This document shows, in pieces, positions 1 to 11,375 of a stretch of 55,510 nucleotides of DNA. A program made the translations under genes and the position numbers. The stretch's first letter is position 1. Each line of letters begins with the position of its first letter. The notes under the pieces were generated by a model that was not told where the DNA came from, made no database searches, and saw only the letters and a list, made by a program, of their open reading frames with translations. The stretch covers positions 1-55,510 of the forward strand of contig CAZCFJ010000002.1 of the NCBI GenBank assembly GCA_964497945.1. The letters run 5' to 3'. Source of the stretch: an uncultured Gammaproteobacteria bacterium. GTDB taxonomy: Bacteria; Patescibacteriota; Microgenomatia; UBA12405.

Positions 1-429
1 AAATATTTCTTTGACCAAATAGCTCCATTACTTGATAAAGAAAAAATAAATTATGAATTTTACTTAGCCGGCAAAAATGATTCCAAATTTATCAAAAATA
101 ATTTTCCCAAAATCATTGATCTTGGTCAGGTCAAAAATACTTCAGATTTTTACCAAAAAATCGACTGTCTGATCACTCCTATTTTTTCTGGCTCAGGTAG
201 TCGGATTAAAATTCTTGAATCTCTTAGCTTTGGCATTCCTGTCATCTCTAGTTCCATTGGCGCCGAAGGTATTAACATTAACTCTGACTACCTTCAAATA
301 GCCAAAACATCACTTGAATATATTAAATGTATCCAAAAAATCCACCAATTAAACAACCAACAATTAATTCAACAACTCAAACCACTTTTGTGGGAAAATA
401 TTTTCAATAAGTATCAAGACCTAATTTAA
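1..429 (+). CDS. GT4-family glycosyltransferase, C-terminal fragment (5' end outside the window)
   Basis: Frame 1 is open from base 1 to TAA at 427-429. The translation contains FSGSGSRIKILESLSFGIPVISSSIGAEGI, the typical GT-B/GT4 C-terminal donor-binding region. Confidence 0.7.
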   Translation, partial: KYFFDQIAPLLDKEKINYEFYLAGKNDSKFIKNNFPKIIDLGQVKNTSDFYQKIDCLITPIFSGSGSRIKILESLSFGIPVISSSIGAEGININSDYLQIAKTSLEYIKCIQKIHQLNNQQLIQQLKPLLWENIFNKYQDLI

Positions 430-434
430 AACTA

Positions 435-1211
435 ATGACTAAAAAAAATAACCGACTAGCAAATAAAAATTATTGGAATAAGAAATACTGTACCAATGTC
501 GATTTAAAAAGAACAATTAAAATTCATACTAAAATTAATTTGGCCACTACTGAAATAGATAAATACCTTAAAAAATTTCTTCCCCATAACCCTGCATTTA
601 AATTTATTGAAATTGGATGTGCCCCGGGTTCTTGGATGTATTATTTCTATTCAACATTTGGATATCAACCACAAGGATTGGAATACTCTCACTCTGGTGT
701 TGAGCTAACCAAAAAAAATCTTTCTACTTTAAAATTAAAACCCATTGTTTGGGAACAAGATTTGTTTAAAAATAAATTAAAAAAACACTCATACGATGTT
801 GTCTTTTCTGGGGGTTTTATCGAACACTTCAAAAATCCAGATGAATCAATTAAAAAACATATTGAACTGTTGAAAAAAGGTGGTTATTTAATATTAGAAG
901 TTCCTAATTTTCGTGGATTTAATTATTTCATTCAAAAACATATTGATAAATCAATTCTCGATAAACATAATACCGAAATGATGGACATAGATTATTTTTC
1001 ATCAATAAAAAATAAATTTAAATTAAAAATTATCGATATAAGTTATGTTGGCAAAATAAACTTTGCTGTTTTTGGTGGTAATAAATATAAACTGCTGCCT
1101 TTTTACGCTCTTCAATTAATATTAACTATTATTTATCAAATCTTCGGAAATCTACCTATCACTAACAATAAAAACACTTCACCCTATATTGTCGGCATTT
1201 ATCAAAAATAA
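435..1211 (+). CDS. class I SAM-dependent methyltransferase
   Basis: 258-aa ORF. It carries a SAM-binding motif I-like IEIGCAPGSW, then VVFSGGFIEHF and LKKGGYLILEVPN. It lies within the glycan locus. Confidence 0.7.
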   Translation: MTKKNNRLANKNYWNKKYCTNVDLKRTIKIHTKINLATTEIDKYLKKFLPHNPAFKFIEIGCAPGSWMYYFYSTFGYQPQGLEYSHSGVELTKKNLSTLKLKPIVWEQDLFKNKLKKHSYDVVFSGGFIEHFKNPDESIKKHIELLKKGGYLILEVPNFRGFNYFIQKHIDKSILDKHNTEMMDIDYFSSIKNKFKLKIIDISYVGKINFAVFGGNKYKLLPFYALQLILTIIYQIFGNLPITNNKNTSPYIVGIYQK

Positions 1212-1221
1212 GTTTTAATAA

Positions 1222-2061
1222 CTAATTAGTTCTCTTTATTCTTAATAAATAAAGACAATTAATAATTTTGTTAGGCAATAAAGATACGAAAACTTTTTGC
1301 CAAAAAATTATAAACCTATCATTGAAATTTGGCCTCAACATTTTTGATTTAACCGCATCACTTTTTATTCTTAAACTAAGGACAAAAGTGTTTTTAATAT
1401 TTTTTCTAGTCGAGTTTGAATCACTAGTTCTATACTTAACTAATACATCTTTTAATGTATGCATTTTTTTACCCCGGCTAAGATAATGAATCCAAGTATA
1501 GTAATCATTAAAACCTGGATATTTTATTTTATAAAAATCTTTTTCAATCTCTGATTTTCTGAAAAGAATACTAGAATTGACTATTGAATTAGTCAAAAAT
1601 ATTTTTTGCAAAATTAAGTCATAATTCTTACCCAAATCCCAATGACCAATTAATTTTCCTGATTCATCTATTACTTCCGCACTAGAAGAAACCAAAAAAT
1701 AATCGTTATGTTTTTCAAAAAATTTAACTTCTTTTTCAATCCTATCTGGAAAAGCAATATCATCAGCATCCATTCTGGCCACATAAATACCTTTGGCTAT
1801 TCTAATCCCTTGATTTGCAGCAACTTCACCAGTAAAACCAGACGGTTTACTATTTTTTAATACTACAGTATTGTTTTTATATTTTTTAAAATACTTATCA
1901 ATTATCTTTTCCGAACCATCAGTCGAACCATCATTCACAATGATAATTTCTATATTTTTATAAGTCTGATTATATAAACTGTCTAAACATTCACTTAAAT
2001 ATTTCTTTGCATTGTAAACCGGAACCACGATACTAACCAAGGGTTTATTTTTAAAGTTCAT
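1222..2061 (-). CDS. GT2-family glycosyltransferase
   Basis: The N-terminus VSIVVPVYNAKKYLSECLDSLYNQTYKNIEIIIVNDGSTDGS and the MDADD (DxD-like) motif are classic GT-A/GT2 features. Confidence 0.85.
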   Translation of the reverse strand: MNFKNKPLVSIVVPVYNAKKYLSECLDSLYNQTYKNIEIIIVNDGSTDGSEKIIDKYFKKYKNNTVVLKNSKPSGFTGEVAANQGIRIAKGIYVARMDADDIAFPDRIEKEVKFFEKHNDYFLVSSSAEVIDESGKLIGHWDLGKNYDLILQKIFLTNSIVNSSILFRKSEIEKDFYKIKYPGFNDYYTWIHYLSRGKKMHTLKDVLVKYRTSDSNSTRKNIKNTFVLSLRIKSDAVKSKMLRPNFNDRFIIFWQKVFVSLLPNKIINCLYLLRIKRTN

Positions 2062-2064
2062 TTT

Positions 2065-3027
2065 TTAATTTTCATAAAATAATATACTTTTCCATTTCTC
2101 TAATATATTTGTTTTACTTAAAACTAATTTCTTATAAAACAGTTTGTTCTCTTTAACAATCTTTTTTACCAAAGATTTGTTTTCTATCATTGCTTTTATA
2201 GCCCGAGAAAATTCTTCTTCATTACTACAAAATGAGTTTATTTTTGGAATACATTTCATAAATGCAGGATAATTATTAACCACAATAGGTAGCCCACAAC
2301 CCATAGCCTCTGTAAAACACACCGGAGATACATCTAAATTTGACCAATAAACAAAAACATCAGACTCTGACATTTTGTTCAAAACATTTTTTGAGTAACC
2401 ACAAAAACAAAATTTAATATTACCCGGTAATTGAATTTTGGCAGACTGAAGTTTTATTTCATTTAAAAACTTTCCCTCGCCATAAATATTCAAAACCACT
2501 TTTTTTTCTGTTTTTAATGACGAAAGTGCTTTGATTATATGAACCACTCCTAATGCCTTACCTTTAAAAGAAAAATTAGTTACTGTAATTAACTTAATTT
2601 CATTACCTTTCTTGGAATTTTTAGGAATATTTATTTCTTCTGTAAAATTGGGAACTACTATTGATTCAGATATCTTTAATATACTTTTCAAAAAATAATT
2701 TGGAACAATTACTTTATCAGCCCATTTCAAATTAAATTGATATAAATAACCTAAAGGATTCAATATACTTTTTTCTAAATTATAATTCCCATGAATATTT
2801 AAATAATAATCACTTTTTTTAAATCTAAACATAAAAGGTACATTAGTTAAAATTTTTGTATTTTTACTATATATGAAATGAATTAAAATCCATCTCCAAA
2901 AACCAGACCAATGAACAACGCTGTAACCGTCATTTAACAAATATTGGGATAATAAATGATGCTGTTTATAAGGGCCACCAGATCTAGAAGAAAAAATTAT
3001 TAATTTTTTATTTTTTATATTTTCCAT
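2065..3027 (-). CDS. GT4-like glycosyltransferase
   Basis: 320 aa. The C-terminal half contains CFTEAMGCGLPIVV, the E-x7-E region of GT-B enzymes. It overlaps the upstream gene by 13 nt, indicating an operon. Confidence 0.6.
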   Translation of the reverse strand: MENIKNKKLIIFSSRSGGPYKQHHLLSQYLLNDGYSVVHWSGFWRWILIHFIYSKNTKILTNVPFMFRFKKSDYYLNIHGNYNLEKSILNPLGYLYQFNLKWADKVIVPNYFLKSILKISESIVVPNFTEEINIPKNSKKGNEIKLITVTNFSFKGKALGVVHIIKALSSLKTEKKVVLNIYGEGKFLNEIKLQSAKIQLPGNIKFCFCGYSKNVLNKMSESDVFVYWSNLDVSPVCFTEAMGCGLPIVVNNYPAFMKCIPKINSFCSNEEEFSRAIKAMIENKSLVKKIVKENKLFYKKLVLSKTNILEKWKSILFYEN

Positions 3028-4706
3028 ATAGTTACACCATTTTTATCATAAACCTTTTCAAATACCGAGTTAAACTTTTCTAAGTTAACCCCAACATAGT
3101 TATATTCCGACCAATAATCTCTCTCTCCACTCAACTTATTAACTTTGGCAAAAGAATACATTACATAACACTGATGACATTCAGAGATATTATGAATAAT
3201 CATATCTTTTTTGACATTATCGGTATAACAACCACTAAACACATTTCCTTCAAAAAAAATTTTACCCGGATCTAAAAACTTTTTCTGACTGAAATAAGTC
3301 ACCATTGGTTTATTCACTTTTTGTGTCAGTATAGTTGCTCCATCTGGAATATTATTTTTAATCCACTCTGCCACTTTTAATTCTTCTTTGGTCGTCAAAG
3401 ACCCTTTCATTTGGGCTACATAAACCGAGCCCATCATTCCAATCACCACTAAAACTAACCAAATCATTTTTTTTAATTTAACCGACTGAAACAAAAACGG
3501 CATTATTAATAGTACCGACAAATCTATTAATAAAGGAAATCTTTCTGGTAAATATACTACGTTTAATCTAGGAAAAACTTCACAAACCAAAAATAACATT
3601 AAAATCATTAACAACCAATATTTCTGATTTTTCAACTTCTTTAAATTAGTACCTATAAAACTTAAACAAAACACAATTAATGGGCCAAAATAATAACCAT
3701 AATACTTTGCCGCTCCACTCAACCCCGGCCAACCCATCTCTACATTATCCGGAACCGTTTCGTATTTATTCAAAAACCACCATCGCCATTTTTCTATTTT
3801 CCAAATTTCTTCAAAAATTCTATTCACATGCAAATACGACACAAATTTGTCCCTCAAGACGATTACCAACAATAGTCCTATCACCAATAACCAAATCCTT
3901 TTGGATTTTTTCAAATTAAAAAATAATTTTAACCCCAAAATAATTATGGGAAAAATAAAAAATTGATGATAACCAATCGCTACCACAGATATAAATAATG
4001 CCAAATAATTTTTATTCTTCTGTTCTAAATAAAAAATTACTGGGAATAATAACAAACATAAATTTTGTGGTCGAAAAAAATCTATTTCCATATTTATTAC
4101 CGGTACCGCCAGTCCAAAAGACAATAGCAATAATCTTTGCCAAAAATTTTCTATTTTATTTTTATCTATCAATAAACTTATGGCCACCAAATAAACCACC
4201 GACAAAACAATCATCCAAAAAACATGAATTTGATACAAATCAATTTTTGTTACCTGACCCAATATTGTCATGGCCGTAAAAAACAATGGTCTGTAATGAT
4301 TACTAGTCACTCCAGTTTTCATCATTTCACTAATGGTCAATAAATTATCGTAACCATCAGACTCCGGCATAGTTACGTAAAAACGATAAAAGACCAGATG
4401 CAATATGCCGTAAATTACCAAAATTATTATCAACGACCAATCCCACTCAATTTTCGGCCAAGAAAATTTAATTTTATTTTTACTCTTTAATCGCCAAATC
4501 AACAATATGGTTGTCACCAATATTGCTAAGAACCAAAAAAGTCTTGGAGTTACTAATAAGCCAAAATATTTATTTAAAATTAAAATTATCGGCGCTATCC
4601 CTACCCAAAAAAATGTACTTCCCACCAAAAATTTTTCCTTTAAATTCAACTTCAAATCCAACAACCATATCCACAAAAAGGGAATTATGATAAAAATTAA
4701 TATCAT
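3015..4706 (-). CDS. polytopic membrane protein, possible GT-C-type glycosyltransferase or polymerase
   Basis: 563 aa with more than 10 hydrophobic segments followed by a soluble C-terminal domain. It sits in an operon downstream of a polyprenol-P-sugar synthase. No specific motif was recognised. Confidence 0.4.
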   Translation of the reverse strand: MILIFIIIPFLWIWLLDLKLNLKEKFLVGSTFFWVGIAPIILILNKYFGLLVTPRLFWFLAILVTTILLIWRLKSKNKIKFSWPKIEWDWSLIIILVIYGILHLVFYRFYVTMPESDGYDNLLTISEMMKTGVTSNHYRPLFFTAMTILGQVTKIDLYQIHVFWMIVLSVVYLVAISLLIDKNKIENFWQRLLLLSFGLAVPVINMEIDFFRPQNLCLLLFPVIFYLEQKNKNYLALFISVVAIGYHQFFIFPIIILGLKLFFNLKKSKRIWLLVIGLLLVIVLRDKFVSYLHVNRIFEEIWKIEKWRWWFLNKYETVPDNVEMGWPGLSGAAKYYGYYFGPLIVFCLSFIGTNLKKLKNQKYWLLMILMLFLVCEVFPRLNVVYLPERFPLLIDLSVLLIMPFLFQSVKLKKMIWLVLVVIGMMGSVYVAQMKGSLTTKEELKVAEWIKNNIPDGATILTQKVNKPMVTYFSQKKFLDPGKIFFEGNVFSGCYTDNVKKDMIIHNISECHQCYVMYSFAKVNKLSGERDYWSEYNYVGVNLEKFNSVFEKVYDKNGVTIWKI

Positions 4707-5839
4707 TTCAAAATATTTATATAATCTTTAATTGAAATTTCCCAGTCAAATTTATTTTTTGTTCCATCTTTAGCAGCTTCACCCAACTTTTTTCTCAAAT
4801 CAGAATCATTCATTAATAATTCAATTTTTTCCGATAACAACTGAATCTCTTTTGGTTTAATTAATATTCCTGATTTATTATTTTCAATAATTTCTCTAGT
4901 TCCTCCCACATCTGTTGCCACAATCGCTCTGCCACACTTGGCCGCTTCTACAATTACCGTCGGCAATCCCTCGGTATAACTTGGATTTACCACTATATCC
5001 GCTATATTTAGTATTCTCAACAAATTAGGTCTCTTCATCTGACCCAAAAACACCACATTATTACTAATTTTTAATTTGTTGGCTTGTTCTACTAACATCT
5101 CTTTTTGAGACCCGTCACCCACTATCAACAAAACCCAATTTAATAACTTCATTTTTTCTACCGCTTTAAGTAAATCTATCACCCCTTTACCATCTATCAG
5201 TCTTCCGGCAAATAAGATTTTAATTTTATCTTTATACTTTTCTTCAATTACTAAATCACCACCCAATTTACCTACATCAACTCCTCTATAAATCACCTGA
5301 TATTTTCTATTTGGAAATATCTGTTTACAAAAATCCGCTGAAGCCACAGACACTGTCACCACTTTATCGGCTTTTTGTAACACCCATTTACCCAAAGTAT
5401 AATCAAACACTTTTGCCAACCATGATTTCCAAAAACTATTTAATTTTACAAAATCCGATCCGTGCTCAATATGTAACCACTTTATCTTTCTTTTTCTTGC
5501 CCAAATTCCGGCCAAAAAAGAAGTTAAAAAGAAACGTGTATGAGATATTGTCCAGTCATATTTTTCCGACAAAACTTTTCTCTTTATTTTCCAATACTTC
5601 TTATTCCAAAAACTAGGGATTGGATAATTTGGAATAATTTCCCACGCCGGATAACGCCACACTTCAATTCTATTATCTTTTGTTTCTTCTTCTATTGACT
5701 CTTGGGGTAATCTAGGAGTCAGTACTTTCACTTCAAAATTATCTTTTATTAAACACTGATTTAATTCTTCAGCAAAACTTTCCAAGCCACCAACATGCGG
5801 CGGGTAATAAGGCGCCACCACTAAAATCTTTTTACTCAT
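4703..5839 (-). CDS. GT4-family glycosyltransferase
   Basis: The N-terminus KILVVAPYYPPHVGGLESFA and the C-terminal NPSYTEGLPTVIVEAAKCGRAIVATDVGGTREII are typical GT4 sequences. Confidence 0.85.
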   Translation of the reverse strand: MSKKILVVAPYYPPHVGGLESFAEELNQCLIKDNFEVKVLTPRLPQESIEEETKDNRIEVWRYPAWEIIPNYPIPSFWNKKYWKIKRKVLSEKYDWTISHTRFFLTSFLAGIWARKRKIKWLHIEHGSDFVKLNSFWKSWLAKVFDYTLGKWVLQKADKVVTVSVASADFCKQIFPNRKYQVIYRGVDVGKLGGDLVIEEKYKDKIKILFAGRLIDGKGVIDLLKAVEKMKLLNWVLLIVGDGSQKEMLVEQANKLKISNNVVFLGQMKRPNLLRILNIADIVVNPSYTEGLPTVIVEAAKCGRAIVATDVGGTREIIENNKSGILIKPKEIQLLSEKIELLMNDSDLRKKLGEAAKDGTKNKFDWEISIKDYINILK

Positions 5840-6173
5840 TTGTCTTTTTTAATCTTTTCTATGGCTATTTTTCTTATCATTTTTTCCATTTTGCTTTCCA
5901 AATTTTTGATCTTTATATTATTCTCAATAGTGACATAAGTTAATATCATAAATGTTCCAATCATACCCAAATCCATTACCCGAATAATAAATAACTCCTT
6001 CATCAAGGGTTCCAATATTTTTGGAAACATTGCCAAAAAAACAAACACCACAAATATTATTAACCAAGAAAAGAAAAATTTATCAGAAATATTTTTTTTC
6101 TTCCAATGCAAAAATAAAGAATAAATCATCAACAAAGCAAACGCCAATAGTACTAATTGTAAAGTGATTACAT

Positions 6174-6177
<4 letters not shown>
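5836..6177 (-). CDS. small 4-TM membrane protein, DUF2304-like partner of the GT2 enzyme
   Basis: 113 aa and hydrophobic with a charged C-terminal tail. It shares a 4-nt overlap with the upstream DPM1-like GT2, which is the usual GT2 plus DUF2304 pairing. Confidence 0.55.
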
Positions 6178-8440
<2,263 letters not shown>

Positions 8441-8513
8441 AAGCCAATTTTATCCTAAAAATTCTCCAACACAAAGATCCAATATCAAGTATTTAGCTAA
8501 AATTAAAATAAAG

Positions 8514-8522
8514 TGTTACAAT
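8514..8522 (+). promoter_or_regulatory. extended -10 promoter element TGTTACAAT for small-protein cassette 1
   Basis: TGnTAnAAT lies exactly 20 nt upstream of the CTGCGC-TT-GCGCAG palindrome (8543-8556). Cassette 2 has the same geometry. Confidence 0.5.
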
Positions 8523-8542
8523 CCGCGTATTAATTTATTTCC

Positions 8543-8556
8543 CTGCGCTTGCGCAG
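8543..8556 (+). promoter_or_regulatory. perfect palindrome CTGCGC TT GCGCAG (5'-leader hairpin or operator)
   Basis: Seen directly. It is preceded by TATTAATTTATTTCC. The paralogous site at 9170-9186 is preceded by TATAATTTATTTAT. Confidence 0.6.
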
Positions 8557-8618
8557 ATAAAAAATATATTATCGCACCTTTAAATGGATATAAGGATTAT
8601 TGAGAGGAGGACAAATCA

Positions 8619-9059
8619 ATGAATCTCACTGGTTTTACCCTTTGGTTTATCAGCGCTGGAGCCATCACGGTTCTGATTGCACTCTGTCTCGCCCGACTTA
8701 TTCTCTTCATCTACGACTACCCCGATTCCAAACTTAAAGAACTTAAAAACAAAACTATTCCTGCCAAAGTGAACCATCTGGTCGAAAATCTGAAAAAATG
8801 GAATCATATAAACGAATTACCCCCCAACACCATACGAAAAGCCGAAAGTATAAGCTTTTGGTGCACCCCCAAAGCTACAACCGTTTGCACTCAAATAATG
8901 AAACTAATCCCGTCAAAATATACTGACGAAACATGTTTGGAAATACTCCGTGATCTCTGCCTACTCGACAGTCTTCTTGGACAACGCTCAAGAATAGAAA
9001 AACGACTAACTGATAGGCCCTCAGAAGGAAAGTTCATTCAATTATTACGAAAACTATAG
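8619..9059 (+). CDS. hypothetical membrane-anchored protein (one N-terminal TM)
   Basis: 146-aa ORF with a strong SD, GAGGAGG, 8 nt upstream of the ATG. An intrinsic terminator follows it. No family was recognised. Confidence 0.55.
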   Translation: MNLTGFTLWFISAGAITVLIALCLARLILFIYDYPDSKLKELKNKTIPAKVNHLVENLKKWNHINELPPNTIRKAESISFWCTPKATTVCTQIMKLIPSKYTDETCLEILRDLCLLDSLLGQRSRIEKRLTDRPSEGKFIQLLRKL

Positions 9060-9080
9060 TCCTATATCCAACAATCTTAT

Positions 9081-9123
9081 GCCGGCAGGTGATTGCGCAA
9101 GCAATATCTGCCGGTATTTTTTT
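9081..9123 (+). terminator. rho-independent terminator
   Basis: The stem is GCCGGCAG...CTGCCGG with an inner ATTGC/GCAAT helix, followed by TATTTTTTT. Confidence 0.75.
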
Positions 9124-9140
9124 GAAAAAATAAAAATTTA

Positions 9141-9149
9141 TGCTAAAAT
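9141..9149 (+). promoter_or_regulatory. extended -10 promoter element TGCTAAAAT for small-protein cassette 2
   Basis: TGnTAAAAT lies exactly 20 nt upstream of the CTGCG-N7-CGCAG inverted repeat at 9170-9186. Confidence 0.5.
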
Positions 9150-9169
9150 ATATCCTATAATTTATTTAT

Positions 9170-9186
9170 CTGCGACAAAGCCGCAG
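9170..9186 (+). promoter_or_regulatory. inverted repeat CTGCG ACAAAGC CGCAG (5'-leader hairpin or operator)
   Basis: Seen directly. It is a paralogue of the 8543-8556 element. Confidence 0.55.
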
Positions 9187-9261
9187 TTTAAACTATTAAA
9201 TAAATTAAACAAAAAGTTCTTTGACAATCGACGACAATATTTACTCTAATTAGGAGGGGGA

Positions 9262-9465
9262 GTGTCGTACATGAAAAAGTTCATATCGACTCTTTGGTAT
9301 CTTATAGCTGCACTAATGTTTGCTTTTGGAATCATTGGTTTAACCAATGAAGACATCCGACAAATAGTCATTTCAGCCGGAGTCACCCTCTTGTTCGTCG
9401 TCATCATCATTGGTGTAATTTGGTTCTTTGGAGGAATTTTTTCCAAACCAGCCAAATGGAGGTAA
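9262..9465 (+). CDS. small two-TM membrane protein
   Basis: ORF preceded by AGGAGGGGG (9252-9260). The track starts at GTG 9262, and ATG 9271 is an equally plausible start. Both halves are hydrophobic. TLWY and ISAGVTLL echo TLWF and ISAGAITVL in the 8619 protein. Confidence 0.55.
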   Translation: MSYMKKFISTLWYLIAALMFAFGIIGLTNEDIRQIVISAGVTLLFVVIIIGVIWFFGGIFSKPAKWR

Positions 9466-9468
9466 GAA

Positions 9469-9552
9469 ATGGATTTCATTTGGGCACCAATCGCCTTGAT
9501 TGTCGAAATACTTATTTTTTATTTGGCAATGAAGACAGCCAAAGCCAAATAA
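9469..9552 (+). CDS. 27-aa hydrophobic micro-ORF (MDFIWAPIALIVEILIFYLAMKTAKAK), possibly translationally coupled
   Basis: My own translation. GGAGG (9458-9462) lies 6 nt upstream of the ATG and overlaps the stop of the preceding ORF. The micro-ORF ends 8 nt before the terminator. It is below the length cut-off of the ORF track. Confidence 0.35.
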   Translation: MDFIWAPIALIVEILIFYLAMKTAKAK

Positions 9553-9560
9553 ACCAACAA

Positions 9561-9602
9561 CCGGCAGGTAATTGCACGAGCAATATCTGCCGGTTTTTCT
9601 TT
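9561..9602 (+). terminator. rho-independent terminator, paralogue of 9081-9123
   Basis: CCGGCAGGTAATTGCACGAGCAATATCTGCCGG followed by TTTTTCTTT. It differs from the first copy at one internal-loop base and in the apical loop. Confidence 0.75.
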
Positions 9603-9635
9603 ATCACTACTCAACTACTTTACTAATTAGCTAAT

Positions 9636-10934
9636 TTATCTTCCTACAGAAATATATTTAAAGCCCTTTTTCTTCATCTCTTTCGGTTCAAAAATATTTC
9701 TTCCATCAACTATATTTGGTAAATTCATTTTTGATTTTATTTTTTCCAAATCAACTACTTTAAATTCTGGCCATTCTGTCACGATTACCAAACAATCAGT
9801 CTTTTTAACTGATTCTTTCAAATTATCTTCATAAGTCACACTACTACCCAAAACTTTTTCTGCCTGTTTTTTGGCAATTGGATCAAAAACCTTAACAATT
9901 GCCCCTCTGTCCAAAAGTTGTTTAATTATTACCAAGGCTGGAGCCTCACGAACATCATCGGTATGAGGTTTAAAAGCCAATCCCCACAAAGTGATTGTTT
10001 TCCCATGTAAATCATCACCCAATAATCTCTGTATTTTCCCTAAAAGCGATTGTTTTTGGGCATGATTAGTTTCTTCTACTTCTTCCAATATTCCAAATCT
10101 AATTCCATTTTCCTGAGCAATTTGAATTAAACCCTTTACATCTTTAGGAAAGCAACTTCCACCATAACCCACTCCGGCATGCAAAAATGCTTTTTGACCA
10201 ATTCTTTTATCCAACATCATTCCTTGTGATACTTTTTCTACATCAGCTCCCAATTTCTCACATAAATTAGCAATTGAATTGATAAAAGATATTTCTGTCG
10301 CCAAAAAAGAATTAGAAGCATATTTAATCATCTCCGCCGTTTTAATATCGGTCAAAACCATATTTTCCGTCCCAAAATTACTATAAAGTTCACACATTAT
10401 CTTTTCCGCCTTATTTGAAACCGATCCAATCACCACCCTATCCGGATTCATAAAATCAACTATCGCCGTACCTTCCCTTAAAAACTCAGGATTAGAAACA
10501 ACATCAAAATCACCTTTATATTTTTCCGTAATAATCTTGGCTACTACATCACCTGTCCCAATCGGTACAGTTGATTTGTTAACAATCACTTTGTAACCAT
10601 TCATATTCTCTCCAATCGAATCTGCTGCCGACTTTACATACTCCAAATTAACGCTTCCATCTGGCATTGGCGGAGTTCCTACAGCAATAAAAATTATTTC
10701 TGATCCTTTAACTGCAGCCGAAACATCAGTTGTAAAACTTAATCTTTTTTGAGATACATTTTCTTCAACCAATTCTTCCAGTCCCTGTTCATAAATTGGA
10801 ATAATACCCTTGTTTAATCCCTTAATTTTTTCTTTATCAATATCTACCCCCACAACTTCATTTCCCATCTCTGCCAAACAAGTTCCAGTTACTAAACCAA
10901 CATAACCTACACCAATTACAGTTATTTTCTTCAT
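9636..10934 (-). CDS. ugd: UDP-glucose 6-dehydrogenase
   Basis: Contains KITVIGVGYVGLVTGTCLAEMG (NAD fold) and the catalytic GYGGSCFPKDV. Full length at 432 aa. Confidence 0.9.
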   Translation of the reverse strand: MKKITVIGVGYVGLVTGTCLAEMGNEVVGVDIDKEKIKGLNKGIIPIYEQGLEELVEENVSQKRLSFTTDVSAAVKGSEIIFIAVGTPPMPDGSVNLEYVKSAADSIGENMNGYKVIVNKSTVPIGTGDVVAKIITEKYKGDFDVVSNPEFLREGTAIVDFMNPDRVVIGSVSNKAEKIMCELYSNFGTENMVLTDIKTAEMIKYASNSFLATEISFINSIANLCEKLGADVEKVSQGMMLDKRIGQKAFLHAGVGYGGSCFPKDVKGLIQIAQENGIRFGILEEVEETNHAQKQSLLGKIQRLLGDDLHGKTITLWGLAFKPHTDDVREAPALVIIKQLLDRGAIVKVFDPIAKKQAEKVLGSSVTYEDNLKESVKKTDCLVIVTEWPEFKVVDLEKIKSKMNLPNIVDGRNIFEPKEMKKKGFKYISVGR

Positions 10935-10954
10935 ATAGAAGCATTATAATGTCT

Positions 10955-10980
10955 ACTTCACCAAAGTCAAAATAGAAAAT
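10955..10980. repeat. 26-bp direct repeat, left copy (ACTTCACCAAAGTCAAAATAGAAAAT)
   Basis: Identical to 11665-11690. Together the two copies bracket the toxin-antitoxin cassette. Confidence 0.9.
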
Positions 10981-10988
10981 AAACATTA

Positions 10989-11345
10989 ATGATATTCTTA
11001 AAATATATGAACAAATGCGAAATAAATTATTTTATTTCTAAAACCGGAGAAAACCCCATTAAAAACTTTTTAGATAAACACCCAAAGGTTAAAGTAAAAA
11101 CATTTCACATTTTTCTTAATATCGAAAAATACGGTTTAATTTCCGCTATTCCACATATTAAAAAGCTAAAAAATACTCCTCTATGGGAAATTAAAATAGT
11201 TGGTAAAGAAAGCACTAGAATTTTATATTTTTCTGAAAATCAAAATTCAATATTATTACTCCATGCTTTTATTAAGAAAACTCAAAGAACACCAATAAAA
11301 GAAATAAATATTGCTCTTAAAAGATTAAGTCAAGTTAAATATTGA
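10989..11345 (+). CDS. RelE/HigB-type toxin, Gp49-like (DUF891)
   Basis: Contains EINYFISKTGENPIKNFLDK...LWEIKI...TRILYF...ILLLHAFIKKTQRTPIKEI, the typical Gp49/HigB pattern. The toxin gene comes first, followed by an HTH gene. The likely true start is ATG 11007 (MNKCEINY). Confidence 0.7.
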   Translation: MIFLKYMNKCEINYFISKTGENPIKNFLDKHPKVKVKTFHIFLNIEKYGLISAIPHIKKLKNTPLWEIKIVGKESTRILYFSENQNSILLLHAFIKKTQRTPIKEINIALKRLSQVKY

Positions 11346-11375
11346 CTTTTATATCTTAAAAGATATAATTTCACT

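Noticed and set aside
1268-1486. Short ORFs in the track nested inside longer genes on the opposite strand or in another frame. These are 1268, 3680, 3998, 4507, 5311, 7407, 8616, 9246, 11634, 12304, 14345, 14858, 15835, 15946, 18221, 20524, 20836, 21298, 21416, 24711, 24823, 26356, 26849, 30945 and 31124. The list continues with 33019, 34277, 35365, 36342, 36605, 36654, 39901, 40497, 41137, 41297, 44495, 44775, 48002, 52280, 52305, 52989, 53539 and 53806.
   Set aside because: All lie within ORFs that have clear family signatures. Their translations are low-complexity, as expected from AT-rich antisense or off-frame reading, and none has a recognisable start context.
9221-9250. TTGACA-17/18 nt-TCTAAT as the promoter of cassette 2
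   Set aside because: It would start transcription inside or right at the Shine-Dalgarno sequence. The upstream extended -10 at 9141-9149 is positionally conserved with cassette 1 and fits better.
9420-9626. 68-aa plus-strand ORF
   Set aside because: It reads through the 27-aa micro-ORF region and straight across the intrinsic terminator hairpin at 9561-9602. It has no SD, so it is probably spurious.
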